Shown here one piece after another: positions 37,093 through 46,206 of a stretch of DNA of 64,000 nucleotides; position 1 is the stretch's first letter; every line of letters starts with the position of its first letter. The position numbers were made by a program, and so were the translations under genes. The notes under the pieces are model-generated. The model searched no databases. It saw nothing but the letters and a program-made list of their open reading frames with translations, and had not been told where the DNA came from. The stretch is from positions 186,001 to 250,000 of the IMG/VR virus record IMGVR_UViG_3300022698_000267; one strand, given 5' to 3'.

Positions 37093-38240
37093 TATCAAAA
37101 GCCGTTATTGATTGCGGATTTGGAGATGCTGGCAAAGGAAAAGTTGTAAGTTACCTTTGTCAGCATTTCAGTAATCCTTTGGTAATTCGTTTTTCTGGTG
37201 GACAGCAGGCTGCTCATCATGTCGTGCTGCCTGACGGTCCAGACCACGTTTTTTCCAATTTTGGTAGTGGTACCCTCCAGGGAGTTCCCACCTATTGGGC
37301 TAAATATTGTACAGTGGATCCAGTAGGAATTTTAAATGAATTAGACGTTCTGAAAGAAAAAGGCATTGAACCGAAATTATACATTGATAGTCTTTGTCCT
37401 GTGACAACTCCGTTTGAGAAGTATTTGAATGTTGTTCAAAATCGGAGAAACGAACATGGCAGTTGTCAAGTCGGTGTTGGACCAACTTATCAACGAGAAG
37501 AGGACTTTTTTCATTTGCAGTTCAGGGATCTTTTCAATCCTACTGTTCTCAAAATCAAATTGGATATGTTTCAGAAACATTACTATCCAATGTCCAGATA
37601 TGCCCATTCTACATTACAGGCTGATGATTTTAAAAAAGCTGAAATTGAATTTTTCAGTTGTGTAGAAGAGTTGGTAAATTGTCCTAATGTAATTCGTGTT
37701 AGTCATTTTCCAAGTGGCTATGAAGATTACATTTTTGAATCTTCTCAAGGTCTTCTTTTGGATCAACATATTGGTTTTTTTCCTCATGTATCTAGGGGTA
37801 ACTTTGGAACTAAAAATATACTGAATATGGGGTTTAATAGTTTTTCAGTAACTTTGGTTACAAGGGCATATCAGACCCGTCATGGAAATGGACCAATGAC
37901 CAATGAGGACATTCCTCATAAAATAAAGGTAAATCCGTATGAAGAAAATCCCGATGACAATGCTCAAGGCAAATTTAGGATTTCTTTACTAGATTTGGAT
38001 TTACTAAAGTATTCTATATACAGTGACCCTTACATTTTGAGTTTTAGAACTGAAGTAGATTTAATAATTACCTGTTTGGACTTGATTGATGAAGATTACA
38101 GACTTACAGTAGATGGGAAAGTTTGTGAATTTAAAAATGAAAGGGATTTTGTTCAGTGTATAAAGTCTGAACTTGCGATTGACAAAGTGCGTCTCAGTAG
38201 GACACCATTTCCAGAAGTGGAGCTTTTCGACTCTTTATAA
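37089..38240 (+). CDS. Adenylosuccinate-synthetase-like (PurA-like) protein
   Basis: GFGDAGKG, RFSGGQQAAH, GVG, ESSQGLLLD, TRHGNGP. Confidence 0.85.
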   Translation: MISKAVIDCGFGDAGKGKVVSYLCQHFSNPLVIRFSGGQQAAHHVVLPDGPDHVFSNFGSGTLQGVPTYWAKYCTVDPVGILNELDVLKEKGIEPKLYIDSLCPVTTPFEKYLNVVQNRRNEHGSCQVGVGPTYQREEDFFHLQFRDLFNPTVLKIKLDMFQKHYYPMSRYAHSTLQADDFKKAEIEFFSCVEELVNCPNVIRVSHFPSGYEDYIFESSQGLLLDQHIGFFPHVSRGNFGTKNILNMGFNSFSVTLVTRAYQTRHGNGPMTNEDIPHKIKVNPYEENPDDNAQGKFRISLLDLDLLKYSIYSDPYILSFRTEVDLIITCLDLIDEDYRLTVDGKVCEFKNERDFVQCIKSELAIDKVRLSRTPFPEVELFDSL

Positions 38241-38254
38241 GGAGGGGGTTTTTA

Positions 38255-38407
38255 ATGGCGACAGCATGTGATTTCACATGGGATTTTTTAATCAAGGAAC
38301 TTAAACCAATCTTTGGGAATAGAAAAAATTGGAAAAGGTTCTATGCTGTAGCTTCACGATTACATTGGAAAGCATACACCTCCACTCTTTTTCTAACCAA
38401 AATATAA
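38255..38407 (+). CDS. Small protein (50 aa; not in the ORF track)
   Basis: Hand-translated MATACDFTWDF...LTKI*; strong AAGGAGG RBS. Confidence 0.55.
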   Translation: MATACDFTWDFLIKELKPIFGNRKNWKRFYAVASRLHWKAYTSTLFLTKI

Positions 38408-38426
38408 AATAATAGAGGATTTTACT

Positions 38427-38735
38427 ATGGCTGGTATTATCTGTGACGTTTGTGGTAAAGATGACCTTGACACATTCGTTTGTTCCTGTTCTTTGGGAGC
38501 AGCAAGTTTTGCATACTGTGGAGTCTGTTCTGCTATGGGAGCTGAACCACGTGCTGTAGTAGAAGGCACTGTTGGAATAGCGGGAGGTTTAGAGCATATA
38601 CATGAGAATTGTCAATTAACCTATTACGATCAATCATCTGATTCTTATATCGATATGAGAGAAGGACCCCAAAACATTAAATTAAAGGACGGTACGGAGG
38701 TTAAAACCAGATCAGAAGTAATAAAACTCATATAG
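38427..38735 (+). CDS. Cys-rich hypothetical protein
   Basis: CDVC...CSC...CGVC. Confidence 0.65.
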   Translation: MAGIICDVCGKDDLDTFVCSCSLGAASFAYCGVCSAMGAEPRAVVEGTVGIAGGLEHIHENCQLTYYDQSSDSYIDMREGPQNIKLKDGTEVKTRSEVIKLI

Positions 38736-38747
38736 AAGGATGATAAA

Positions 38748-38966
38748 ATGTCACATGGAGCTAGATTTCATAAATGCACTTGTCCAAGGTGTGGAGAAGA
38801 ACACAAAAGCAGAATTCATTGGACCTCCAAAAACAAACCCAGAATTTATTGCAAAAGTTGTAAAGGAATTGTGGAAAGAGCAGGAAGTTCTATGGGACCT
38901 TCCAATTATATTACACATGGAAGGATGATTCATTCAGGAAATAGAACAGTATTGGATTCAAAATGA
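38748..38966 (+). CDS. Small Zn-ribbon protein
   Basis: CPRC...CKSC. Confidence 0.5.
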   Translation: MSHGARFHKCTCPRCGEEHKSRIHWTSKNKPRIYCKSCKGIVERAGSSMGPSNYITHGRMIHSGNRTVLDSK

Positions 38967-39301
38967 GAAAGAAACCACTTCTAACATTGACAAAGAAAGA
39001 TTTTCGAATAGACACTTTTACTTCTGGTGGAAAAGGTGGACAACACCAAAATAAAGTGGCTACTGGAGTTCGAATTACTCATATTGAATCTGGGATTTCA
39101 GCAGAAGCAAGGGATACCAGGAGCCAAAAACGAAATAAAGATAATGCTTTTCGCCGTCTTGTGAATAAACCTGAATTTAAGAATTGGTTAAAAGTTGAAA
39201 GTATTCACAAGACGGAATTGGAAAAAAAGGTTGATGAACTGATGTCTCCTGAGAATCTTCTAATTGAAGTTCAAAAAGGAAACGATTGGGTCTCATTGTA
39301 A
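38963..39301 (+). CDS. Stand-alone class I release-factor GGQ domain (ArfB/PrfH-like peptidyl-tRNA hydrolase)
   Basis: SGGKGGQHQNK, VRITH, RSQKRNK. Confidence 0.9.
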   Translation: MRKKPLLTLTKKDFRIDTFTSGGKGGQHQNKVATGVRITHIESGISAEARDTRSQKRNKDNAFRRLVNKPEFKNWLKVESIHKTELEKKVDELMSPENLLIEVQKGNDWVSL

Positions 39302-39314
39302 GTGCTTAACTTTC

Positions 39315-39391
39315 ACGTCTGTACATCTTTCTGCCAACGTAGAAGGTGTTACAGGCGTTTCTGTGTATGAAGGTATATTCCTGTATTGGGA
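39315..39391 (+). repeat. Structured intergenic element, copy 2
   Basis: acgtctgta/tacaggcgt stem with inner extension; conserved tail. Confidence 0.7.
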
Positions 39392-39469
39392 ATATGAATT
39401 ATAGATTACAAAGAATATTTGACACTAGAGTGAACATGAAAATCTCAAAAATTTTATTCGAAGGATGAA

Positions 39470-39487
39470 TATACTAATATACTAATA
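39470..39487 (+). promoter_or_regulatory. Tandem putative promoter motif TATACTAATA x2
   Basis: Intergenic, upstream of pncB. Confidence 0.55.
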
Positions 39488-39513
39488 TTATTTAAACTTT
39501 TCTGGAGATTTTT

Positions 39514-40689
39514 ATGAAATCCTTTATTAAAAGCAAATTAGACAACGATGCCTACATTTTTACCATGGCACAAGCTATCCTCCATAATTATCCAAATGTG
39601 GAAGTTGAATATGAATATGTTTGTCGTAACTTCGATGAGACTTTTGGAAAATATGAAATAGATCCTCATAAACTTAGGAAACTCATTATTCCACAATTGG
39701 ATCATTTAGCAGGATTATCAATGTCTTCATCCCAAAAAAGTTGGATGAATAATATTAGATATTACAAACCAGACTTTGTGCAATTCGTTTACGATTTGAA
39801 ATTAAAGCCACAATTGTATATTACCTGCGTTGTTTGGGATGATCAATTAAAGATTAATATCAAAGGTCCATGGATACAAACTATTTGGTTTGAAGTTCCT
39901 GTTTTGGCTATAATTAGTGAGAGTTATACTAGATTAATACATGAACGTGGGAATACAGAGGCTCTCTATAAAAATTTGGAAGATAAAATAAATTTGTATC
40001 GTGGAAAGTATAGTCATTTTTTCTTTGGTGACATGGGTACCAGAAGAAGAGATAGTTTCGAATTTCAACATCATGTTTGTAAAAGACTGAAAGGGATTCG
40101 AACTTTCACTGGAACTTCTAATATGCATATAGCTCATGCTTTAAGACTTAAAGCTCTTGGAACAATTGCACACCAATGGTTTCAAGCTCATCAACAACTT
40201 GCTCCATTAAAAGATAGCCAAAAAGTAGCTTTAGAAATTTGGGCTCAAGAATTTCGTGGAGATCTTGGAATAGCATTGTCAGATACTTTAGGATTCGATC
40301 AATTCCTAATTGATTTTGATATGTACTTCGCAAAATTATTCGATGGGTGTCGACATGATTCAGGTGATCCATATGAATGGACCGAGAAACTTATTCAACA
40401 CTATCAACAATTAGGAATTGATCCTAGAACTAAAAAAGCAATTTACAGCGATGGATTAAATTTTGAAGAGGCCAATAAGATATACGAAGCTTTTCGAGGA
40501 TCAATTCAAACTTCATTTGGAATAGGAACCTGGTTAACCAACGATGGCATCATTACACCTTTACAAATTGTCATTAAAATGATTAGATGTGCTGGTGGTC
40601 CGGTTGCTAAGATATCAGATAATCCCATTAAGAAGATTTGTGTTGATGAAAATTACTATAAATATCTTTGCAATACCTTTGTCAAATAG
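39514..40689 (+). CDS. pncB: Nicotinate phosphoribosyltransferase
   Basis: DMGTRRR, GTSN, GTIAHQWFQAHQQ, RHDSGDP, SDGL, FGIGT, VAKISD. Confidence 0.95.
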   Translation: MKSFIKSKLDNDAYIFTMAQAILHNYPNVEVEYEYVCRNFDETFGKYEIDPHKLRKLIIPQLDHLAGLSMSSSQKSWMNNIRYYKPDFVQFVYDLKLKPQLYITCVVWDDQLKINIKGPWIQTIWFEVPVLAIISESYTRLIHERGNTEALYKNLEDKINLYRGKYSHFFFGDMGTRRRDSFEFQHHVCKRLKGIRTFTGTSNMHIAHALRLKALGTIAHQWFQAHQQLAPLKDSQKVALEIWAQEFRGDLGIALSDTLGFDQFLIDFDMYFAKLFDGCRHDSGDPYEWTEKLIQHYQQLGIDPRTKKAIYSDGLNFEEANKIYEAFRGSIQTSFGIGTWLTNDGIITPLQIVIKMIRCAGGPVAKISDNPIKKICVDENYYKYLCNTFVK

Positions 40690-40698
40690 GAGAAAATA

Positions 40699-41172
40699 AT
40701 GAATCATCTTCAAACTTATTGTGGAGCATACTTACGGTTAGATTTGAATGTTCGAGAAATTTCAGTAGAAGATTATCGATATTGTCCAGAACATTCGAAA
40801 CATAAGATTCTTGACACCATGATGTTATTTTGTCCCTTCTGTGCAAAAAAATTGGAAATAAAATATAAAAGAAAATTGGAACTTCCAAAGTACTGGCAAT
40901 TAAAACCAAAGAATTTTCCATCCGATGAATGGGAACAATTAGTCACAGTTCTTACGAAAGAAAACAGAATTATTTTAATCAGTGAACATGATCTTTTTAA
41001 CAAAGAATTCTCTGATGATAAAGAGATTTGTAAAGAAATAGATTCCAAATCTATAGAAGTAGCGAAATTTAACTTTCGAAATATTTATATGAATATTATG
41101 GAAGCTTTAGATACTTGTGGAGCAGTAGAAACCTTTTCTCTTCGGTTCGGAATCATACAATACTGGAATTAA
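40699..41172 (+). CDS. Hypothetical protein with Zn ribbon
   Basis: CPEH...FCPFC. Confidence 0.65.
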   Translation: MNHLQTYCGAYLRLDLNVREISVEDYRYCPEHSKHKILDTMMLFCPFCAKKLEIKYKRKLELPKYWQLKPKNFPSDEWEQLVTVLTKENRIILISEHDLFNKEFSDDKEICKEIDSKSIEVAKFNFRNIYMNIMEALDTCGAVETFSLRFGIIQYWN

Positions 41173-41188
41173 AAGAATAGGATTTTAA

Positions 41189-41198
41189 AATACTAAAT
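41189..41198 (+). promoter_or_regulatory. Putative phage promoter motif AATACTAAAT
   Basis: Intergenic, upstream of sbcC-N. Confidence 0.6.
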
Positions 41199-41236
41199 AG
41201 AAATGGACCATTTTATCTATTTTTAATAGGATTACT

Positions 41237-42430
41237 ATGATTAAAGAAATTGAAATTAAAAATTTTCAGTCACATGTATATTCAAAAATTCAATTACATC
41301 CTGGAGTCAACGTTATTACTGGATCTACAGATTCTGGTAAATCTTCTGTAATACGTGCGTCTAAATGGCTTATTCAAAATAGACTAAAGAAAGGTATAAA
41401 ATTATACAGATCTCATCTTGCAGGGAAATCTGAACCAATGAGTGTTACTATGACTTTTTCAGATGGCACAAAAATAGAAAGACACTCATCTACAGCTATG
41501 AATGCTTATATCATACATCCACATGAACCTCTAAAAGCTATTCGAAGTGAAGTTCCACAAGAGGTTTTCACAGCTTTAAGGATGAATGAAATTAACATCG
41601 AAGAACAACACGACCCTTATTTTCTTCTGGACGACAGTCCTGGACAAGTTGCTTCCAAATTCAATGAAGTGATTAAATTGGAGGCTATGGACGAAGTTAT
41701 GTCTATGGCCAATACAGATATTGATACAACCAAGAAAGAACTTGTAAAGGCTGAACAATCTGCAAAGGAAAAATTAAAGCAAATAGAAGAATTGGATTGG
41801 ATTTCAGAAGCTTCTGGACGCATGGAAGATTTGGACTTCTACATGAAGATAAAAACAGATTTAGAAACCAAAATTCCAGAAATTTCTTCTATTTTAGAAA
41901 GGATTAATATTCTTGAATCAGACATTTCTGTATGTAAAGCTGTTCTTGAATTGGATACAATACTAACAGAAATAGAACAAACGAACAGCAAAATTTTACA
42001 GCTTGAAAAGTTGTTGAAAACAATAGAAGTTTTACAGAACGATTTGCAGCAATTCGATGTGTTGTCAGAAATAGAAGAAAATTACAATGAACTTAAATCT
42101 AAGAATATTAAATACAAACTTCTTCGATCTGATATTGAAAATCTGGAGGGTTTTCTTTTCAAATATTCATCTTTGAAGAATGATTTAAATATTCTAAAGA
42201 AGTTTGATTCTATAGAAGATCCTCTTAAAAACCTGGAAAATTTGCAAGTCAAAATCTTATCTTTAAAAAGTAAGATTATTAAACTAGAGAATAATCTTGC
42301 TTCAATACTTGAATCACAGGATAGGATAGAATATTTAAAAGATTCTGTCTTGGAGATGGAAGAGAAATTACATAAAATCATTGGACAGTATGAAATATGT
42401 CCTCTATGTGGAAGACAAATTGATGACTAA
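41237..42430 (+). CDS. sbcC: SbcC/Rad50 N-terminal half (Walker A, Q-loop, coiled coil, ends at zinc hook)
   Basis: IKNFQSH, GSTDSGKS, terminal CPLCG. Confidence 0.85.
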   Translation: MIKEIEIKNFQSHVYSKIQLHPGVNVITGSTDSGKSSVIRASKWLIQNRLKKGIKLYRSHLAGKSEPMSVTMTFSDGTKIERHSSTAMNAYIIHPHEPLKAIRSEVPQEVFTALRMNEINIEEQHDPYFLLDDSPGQVASKFNEVIKLEAMDEVMSMANTDIDTTKKELVKAEQSAKEKLKQIEELDWISEASGRMEDLDFYMKIKTDLETKIPEISSILERINILESDISVCKAVLELDTILTEIEQTNSKILQLEKLLKTIEVLQNDLQQFDVLSEIEENYNELKSKNIKYKLLRSDIENLEGFLFKYSSLKNDLNILKKFDSIEDPLKNLENLQVKILSLKSKIIKLENNLASILESQDRIEYLKDSVLEMEEKLHKIIGQYEICPLCGRQIDD

Positions 42431-43412
42431 AGAAATCCTTAGACGTTATATAACAAGTTCAGATTGGCATGTTAGATTTAAAAATCCTAGAAGAAGAAAA
42501 GATTTCTTCTATGGATCTCAGAAAATGAAGGTGAGAAAAATCCTTAGGTTGTACGATGAACTTACTTGTGATGGACTTCTAGTAGCTGGTGACATTTTTG
42601 ATTCTAGTACTACTCCGTATCTTTGTGTAGGTGATTACATAAGTATGTTCCTTTCTAGAAGTAAAGTGAAATTTATTTCTATTTTTGGACAACATGATTT
42701 GCGATTTCATTCTTTAAAATCAAAAAAGAACACACCTCTTTGGTCTTTTCTAAAAGCCCTTCGAACCTCTACAATCGATCAAAATCCATTTCTGGATGAG
42801 AAGGTGGGTATTAATATTTATGGAACTAGTTGGTCCCAACAAATCCCTGTAATTAAGTCTGATGACGATTCATTCAATATCTTATTGATTCATACTATGG
42901 TAACTGAAGACAACCCTTTATTTCCGGGACAGGCTCCACGTAGTTATACAGAAGCTACTAAATTATTGAAAAAAGCTTCAGGGTTTAATGTGGTAATTTC
43001 TGGTGACAATCATCAATCTTTCAGTCTTTTTAAAAATAATAGGTTGTTGATAAATCCTGGAACAATAGTAAGGAAATCATGGTCAGAAAGACATCATCTA
43101 CCTAGAGTCGGGATATTAACAATCTACTCAGATTATTCTTTTGACTTCGAATGGAAATATATTCCAGTTGCTCCAATAGAATCAGTTTTTAAGGAAGAAA
43201 AAGCTGGTGCTGACGTAGACGATAGTACTTTTGATCCAGAATTAGAAGAGTTCCTAAAGTCTTTAAAATCACATACGTTAGTAAAACCTGATTTTGTCAA
43301 TGATCTGGTTTCTAGTTTAGATGTATTAGATGACCAGGAAGTAGTGGATATTATTCTTGACTTTGCCAGCAGGGTAAGGCAAAAATTTGGAGGTTCTTTA
43401 GATGCAGATTAG
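42423..43412 (+). CDS. sbcD: SbcD/Mre11-like nuclease; start moved to ATG 42423
   Basis: SDWH, GDIFD, GQHD, H, GDNH, NPG. Confidence 0.85.
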   Translation: MTKEILRRYITSSDWHVRFKNPRRRKDFFYGSQKMKVRKILRLYDELTCDGLLVAGDIFDSSTTPYLCVGDYISMFLSRSKVKFISIFGQHDLRFHSLKSKKNTPLWSFLKALRTSTIDQNPFLDEKVGINIYGTSWSQQIPVIKSDDDSFNILLIHTMVTEDNPLFPGQAPRSYTEATKLLKKASGFNVVISGDNHQSFSLFKNNRLLINPGTIVRKSWSERHHLPRVGILTIYSDYSFDFEWKYIPVAPIESVFKEEKAGADVDDSTFDPELEEFLKSLKSHTLVKPDFVNDLVSSLDVLDDQEVVDIILDFASRVRQKFGGSLDAD

Positions 43413-43674
43413 TACTGATACAGAAAAAACTGTTGATGAGAATGAGTTGTTAAAAATACGAAAGTTTGTTGATGACAAAAAACAAGAGATGACAAGAAAG
43501 GAAGGTCAATTGTCCGAACTCTTTAATCGACTAAAAACTGACTTTGATTTTGAAAATATTGAAGAGGCCAGAACTTCCTTAGAAAGTATGAAGGAACAAC
43601 TTTCTAATGTTACTAAGCAGTTAAGTGATGGAATTGTTAAATTAAAAGAGGAATTCCCACAAGTGGATTTATAA
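43402..43674 (+). CDS. Short coiled-coil protein (possible middle fragment of SbcC)
   Basis: 90-aa heptad pattern, coupled to both neighbours. Confidence 0.65.
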   Translation: MQISTDTEKTVDENELLKIRKFVDDKKQEMTRKEGQLSELFNRLKTDFDFENIEEARTSLESMKEQLSNVTKQLSDGIVKLKEEFPQVDL

Positions 43675-44342
43675 TGGATGCCATAAATCAAGAATTTGCG
43701 AAACTAAAGAAAAACATTGAAGACAAGAAGGTTGAAAGAGTCATTCTTAGAAAGCAGTACAGATCTAAGTTACAGGAGATTAGAAAGAAACAACATCTTC
43801 TGGAAAAGCAAATTCTTGCTAGAAAGTGGGTACAAAAAATTGTTAAACAAACTCAGAATAGGGTTTCAGGTGGTATTGAATCTTTAGTAACTAAAGCTTT
43901 AAAAACCTCATTGACCAACCCTTATGAGTTCAAATTCGAATTCGAAACACGAAGGAATAAGACGGAATGCGATTTATTCTTTCGTCGAAATGGACATGAT
44001 CTGGACCCTACCAATAGTAGTGGTGGGGGAAGTGCTGATGTAGCAAGTTTTGCTTTACGACTTACTTTTTGGGTTTTAAATTCAAACCTCCGTCCTGTTT
44101 TATTTATGGATGAACCTTTCAAATTCTTGAGTGTCGATTTGCAAACTTATTGTAGTGAAATGTTAGCTATGATGAGTGAGGAAATGGGAATTCAGTTGAT
44201 AATTGTTTCTCATCTTCCAAGGTTAATTGATCATGCAGATCGAATAATCGATATTCATCTTGAGGATGACATCTCTATATTGGAACAAGACGAGGTCGCA
44301 GAATGTCTTACGAAAACTCAGATCCCTGGCAAAAAACTTTAG
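43674..44342 (+). CDS. sbcC: SbcC/Rad50 C-terminal half
   Basis: SGGG signature, LFMDEPF Walker B, VSH switch. Confidence 0.85.
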   Translation: MDAINQEFAKLKKNIEDKKVERVILRKQYRSKLQEIRKKQHLLEKQILARKWVQKIVKQTQNRVSGGIESLVTKALKTSLTNPYEFKFEFETRRNKTECDLFFRRNGHDLDPTNSSGGGSADVASFALRLTFWVLNSNLRPVLFMDEPFKFLSVDLQTYCSEMLAMMSEEMGIQLIIVSHLPRLIDHADRIIDIHLEDDISILEQDEVAECLTKTQIPGKKL

Positions 44343-44716
44343 TAAAACTGTCTAAAGTTAATGGTAGTTTGGAAATTAAAACTGTCAAAGATAAATCTGA
44401 TCCAATGCAAAAAGTATTTCTGATTTTTATAAGAATTGCAGTTTTGGGACATAGAAAATCATTGGTACTTGAAAATGTAAAGAGATTTGAGAAATTAAAT
44501 CTATCGGAGGGAAGAATAACTTTAGAAATTTCTGATGAAGGTCGAATGGAGTTAGTAGGGATAATCAGACCAAAGAAAATAGAGCGTCTTTGGGTTATAT
44601 CTTTAGGACTCTTCAAAAAGATGTCCACATGTCTATTCAGTTCTGATAATATTGGGGGACCCCGAAATGAGAGAAGTACAAAAAGAATACGTCAATATAA
44701 AAATTCCAGCAAATAG
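44303..44716 (+). CDS. Hypothetical protein
   Basis: 137 aa, continues the operon. Confidence 0.55.
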   Translation: MSYENSDPWQKTLVKLSKVNGSLEIKTVKDKSDPMQKVFLIFIRIAVLGHRKSLVLENVKRFEKLNLSEGRITLEISDEGRMELVGIIRPKKIERLWVISLGLFKKMSTCLFSSDNIGGPRNERSTKRIRQYKNSSK

Positions 44717-45143
44717 CTTGCGACAACCCGGATATGCATTAGAACAAAAACCAAAACCCACCAGAATTAAATTGTTTATATACAAAGGGAATAGTATCAG
44801 TAGACAAGAGCATATCTTATTGAACAGGCTTATAATGGTCCGTTTAAAGATAAAGTTTATTGGAAATTTAAAAGCTTATGTTCCAATGGACTCTTTGATT
44901 ACAAGGGAAGTTATACAGAGTGCAGATGTGGATTTTAATCTAATAGATATGTTCTTTCGAAGAAAGCACAATAAATGGAGATGTTTAAAATTACTTGGAC
45001 CAATTAGAGAGAAATACTTTGGAGTTCAAGTTGGTGAGTATATTGGAACAGTATTTATGGATTTTGATGAATTCAGACAATTCACAGATTTCATTCGATA
45101 TTTGTTATACGAACCTCTGAGAAAGGGAGAGGACGTTCTTTAG
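44667..45143 (+). CDS. Hypothetical basic protein; start moved to ATG 44667
   Basis: Last + strand gene before the strand switch. Confidence 0.55.
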   Translation: MREVQKEYVNIKIPANSLRQPGYALEQKPKPTRIKLFIYKGNSISRQEHILLNRLIMVRLKIKFIGNLKAYVPMDSLITREVIQSADVDFNLIDMFFRRKHNKWRCLKLLGPIREKYFGVQVGEYIGTVFMDFDEFRQFTDFIRYLLYEPLRKGEDVL

Positions 45144-45331
45144 AACATTTTATCAGTCAACTTGGTCAGCAATGTTAAATTAGCTGGCTTCCCAGCTTTC
45201 ACCTTGCCTTTATTTTTAATCAAATGAGGAGGAGATCCAAACAGATCTTCTGCATGGTTACAGATGATCTGTTGAGCCATCTCCCTTTTACAATTTCTCA
45301 GAATTCGTAAAAAGCTTCGACTATTTCGCAA
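45140..45331 (-). CDS. Small basic hypothetical protein
   Basis: 63 aa; overlaps the upstream stop. Confidence 0.4.
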   Translation of the reverse strand: MRNSRSFLRILRNCKREMAQQIICNHAEDLFGSPPHLIKNKGKVKAGKPANLTLLTKLTDKMF

Positions 45332-46163
45332 TTTTAATATTCATAGTCAATGTTATTGCACATTGACCTGTGCTTCCAGAATTTAAAATCAATCCACTTG
45401 GAAATAGATCATTAGATACTGATGGATACCTAGATTTCAGCAATAATCTATCCATCAGTGTTGCATTTGAAACATCGAATGTTTTGGCGTAAATTCCAAC
45501 TCCTGTAATTGGATCTGTTTCAGCTCCAGAATAGGTGGTTGACATTTCACAAATGTAAATGTTATAGTTATTGTCTTCCATCCAATCCAAATTCACAGCA
45601 GAATATTCTAGACCTAACTTAGTTGTAAAGTCTGTCATATCTGTAGTGACTACTGAAGCATCAGTGGCTAAATCAAAGTAGATCGATGTTACTACTGTTG
45701 TCCCTCTATCAAAATCCAATGTGATAGCAGTGCCATCTTCTGGAGCGGTTGCAAACTCTAAAGCTAGAGTTCCATCCTGTGAAATGGTGCCAGATGTAAG
45801 TCCGGATCCCGTTAGCGAACCAACAGAATCTGCTGAAGCTGTTTTTGCTCCACTTTCAGTCCAGTTTAAAACGACAGAATCAATATCTATTGGAGCGAAA
45901 GCAGTGAGAGTTTTGTTGAAGGTTGTTGTTGCACCATCACCAATCCCAATTAACACATCTGTAAAGCCAGATCCAAGAATACTGGGATCTAAAACTTCTG
46001 AACCATTGGCAATTTTGTTGAAGAAAACATCTGTCATGTATTTACTGGTTTTGACTGAGTTGGACACTTTGTCTATTTGGAATTGTTTATCCCAAACCTC
46101 TTCCAGTGAAGCATCCTTTTGACAGACCCGAAGATAACTTTCTATATCTAGATTAAGTCTCAT
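45321..46163 (-). CDS. Probable tail/baseplate structural protein
   Basis: GIGDGATTTF...GTISQDGTLALEFATAPEDGTAI motif typical of tail/baseplate proteins; Thr/Gly-rich. Confidence 0.55.
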   Translation of the reverse strand: MRLNLDIESYLRVCQKDASLEEVWDKQFQIDKVSNSVKTSKYMTDVFFNKIANGSEVLDPSILGSGFTDVLIGIGDGATTTFNKTLTAFAPIDIDSVVLNWTESGAKTASADSVGSLTGSGLTSGTISQDGTLALEFATAPEDGTAITLDFDRGTTVVTSIYFDLATDASVVTTDMTDFTTKLGLEYSAVNLDWMEDNNYNIYICEMSTTYSGAETDPITGVGIYAKTFDVSNATLMDRLLLKSRYPSVSNDLFPSGLILNSGSTGQCAITLTMNIKIAK

Positions 46164-46206
46164 TAAACGTACCTCCCGTTTTAATATGCAAATCTATTTT
46201 TATAAA

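Noticed and set aside
37089-38240. PurZ / 2-aminoadenine (Z-genome) synthase
   Set aside because: The catalytic loop keeps Asp (GFGDAGKG) rather than the Ser of PurZ (GSTGKG), and the vWA-linked context differs from purZ loci.
38963-39301. Release factor as evidence of stop-codon recoding
   Set aside because: Only the GGQ domain is present (no codon-recognition domain), and all long genes are intact in code 11 with TAA, TAG and TGA all used as stops.
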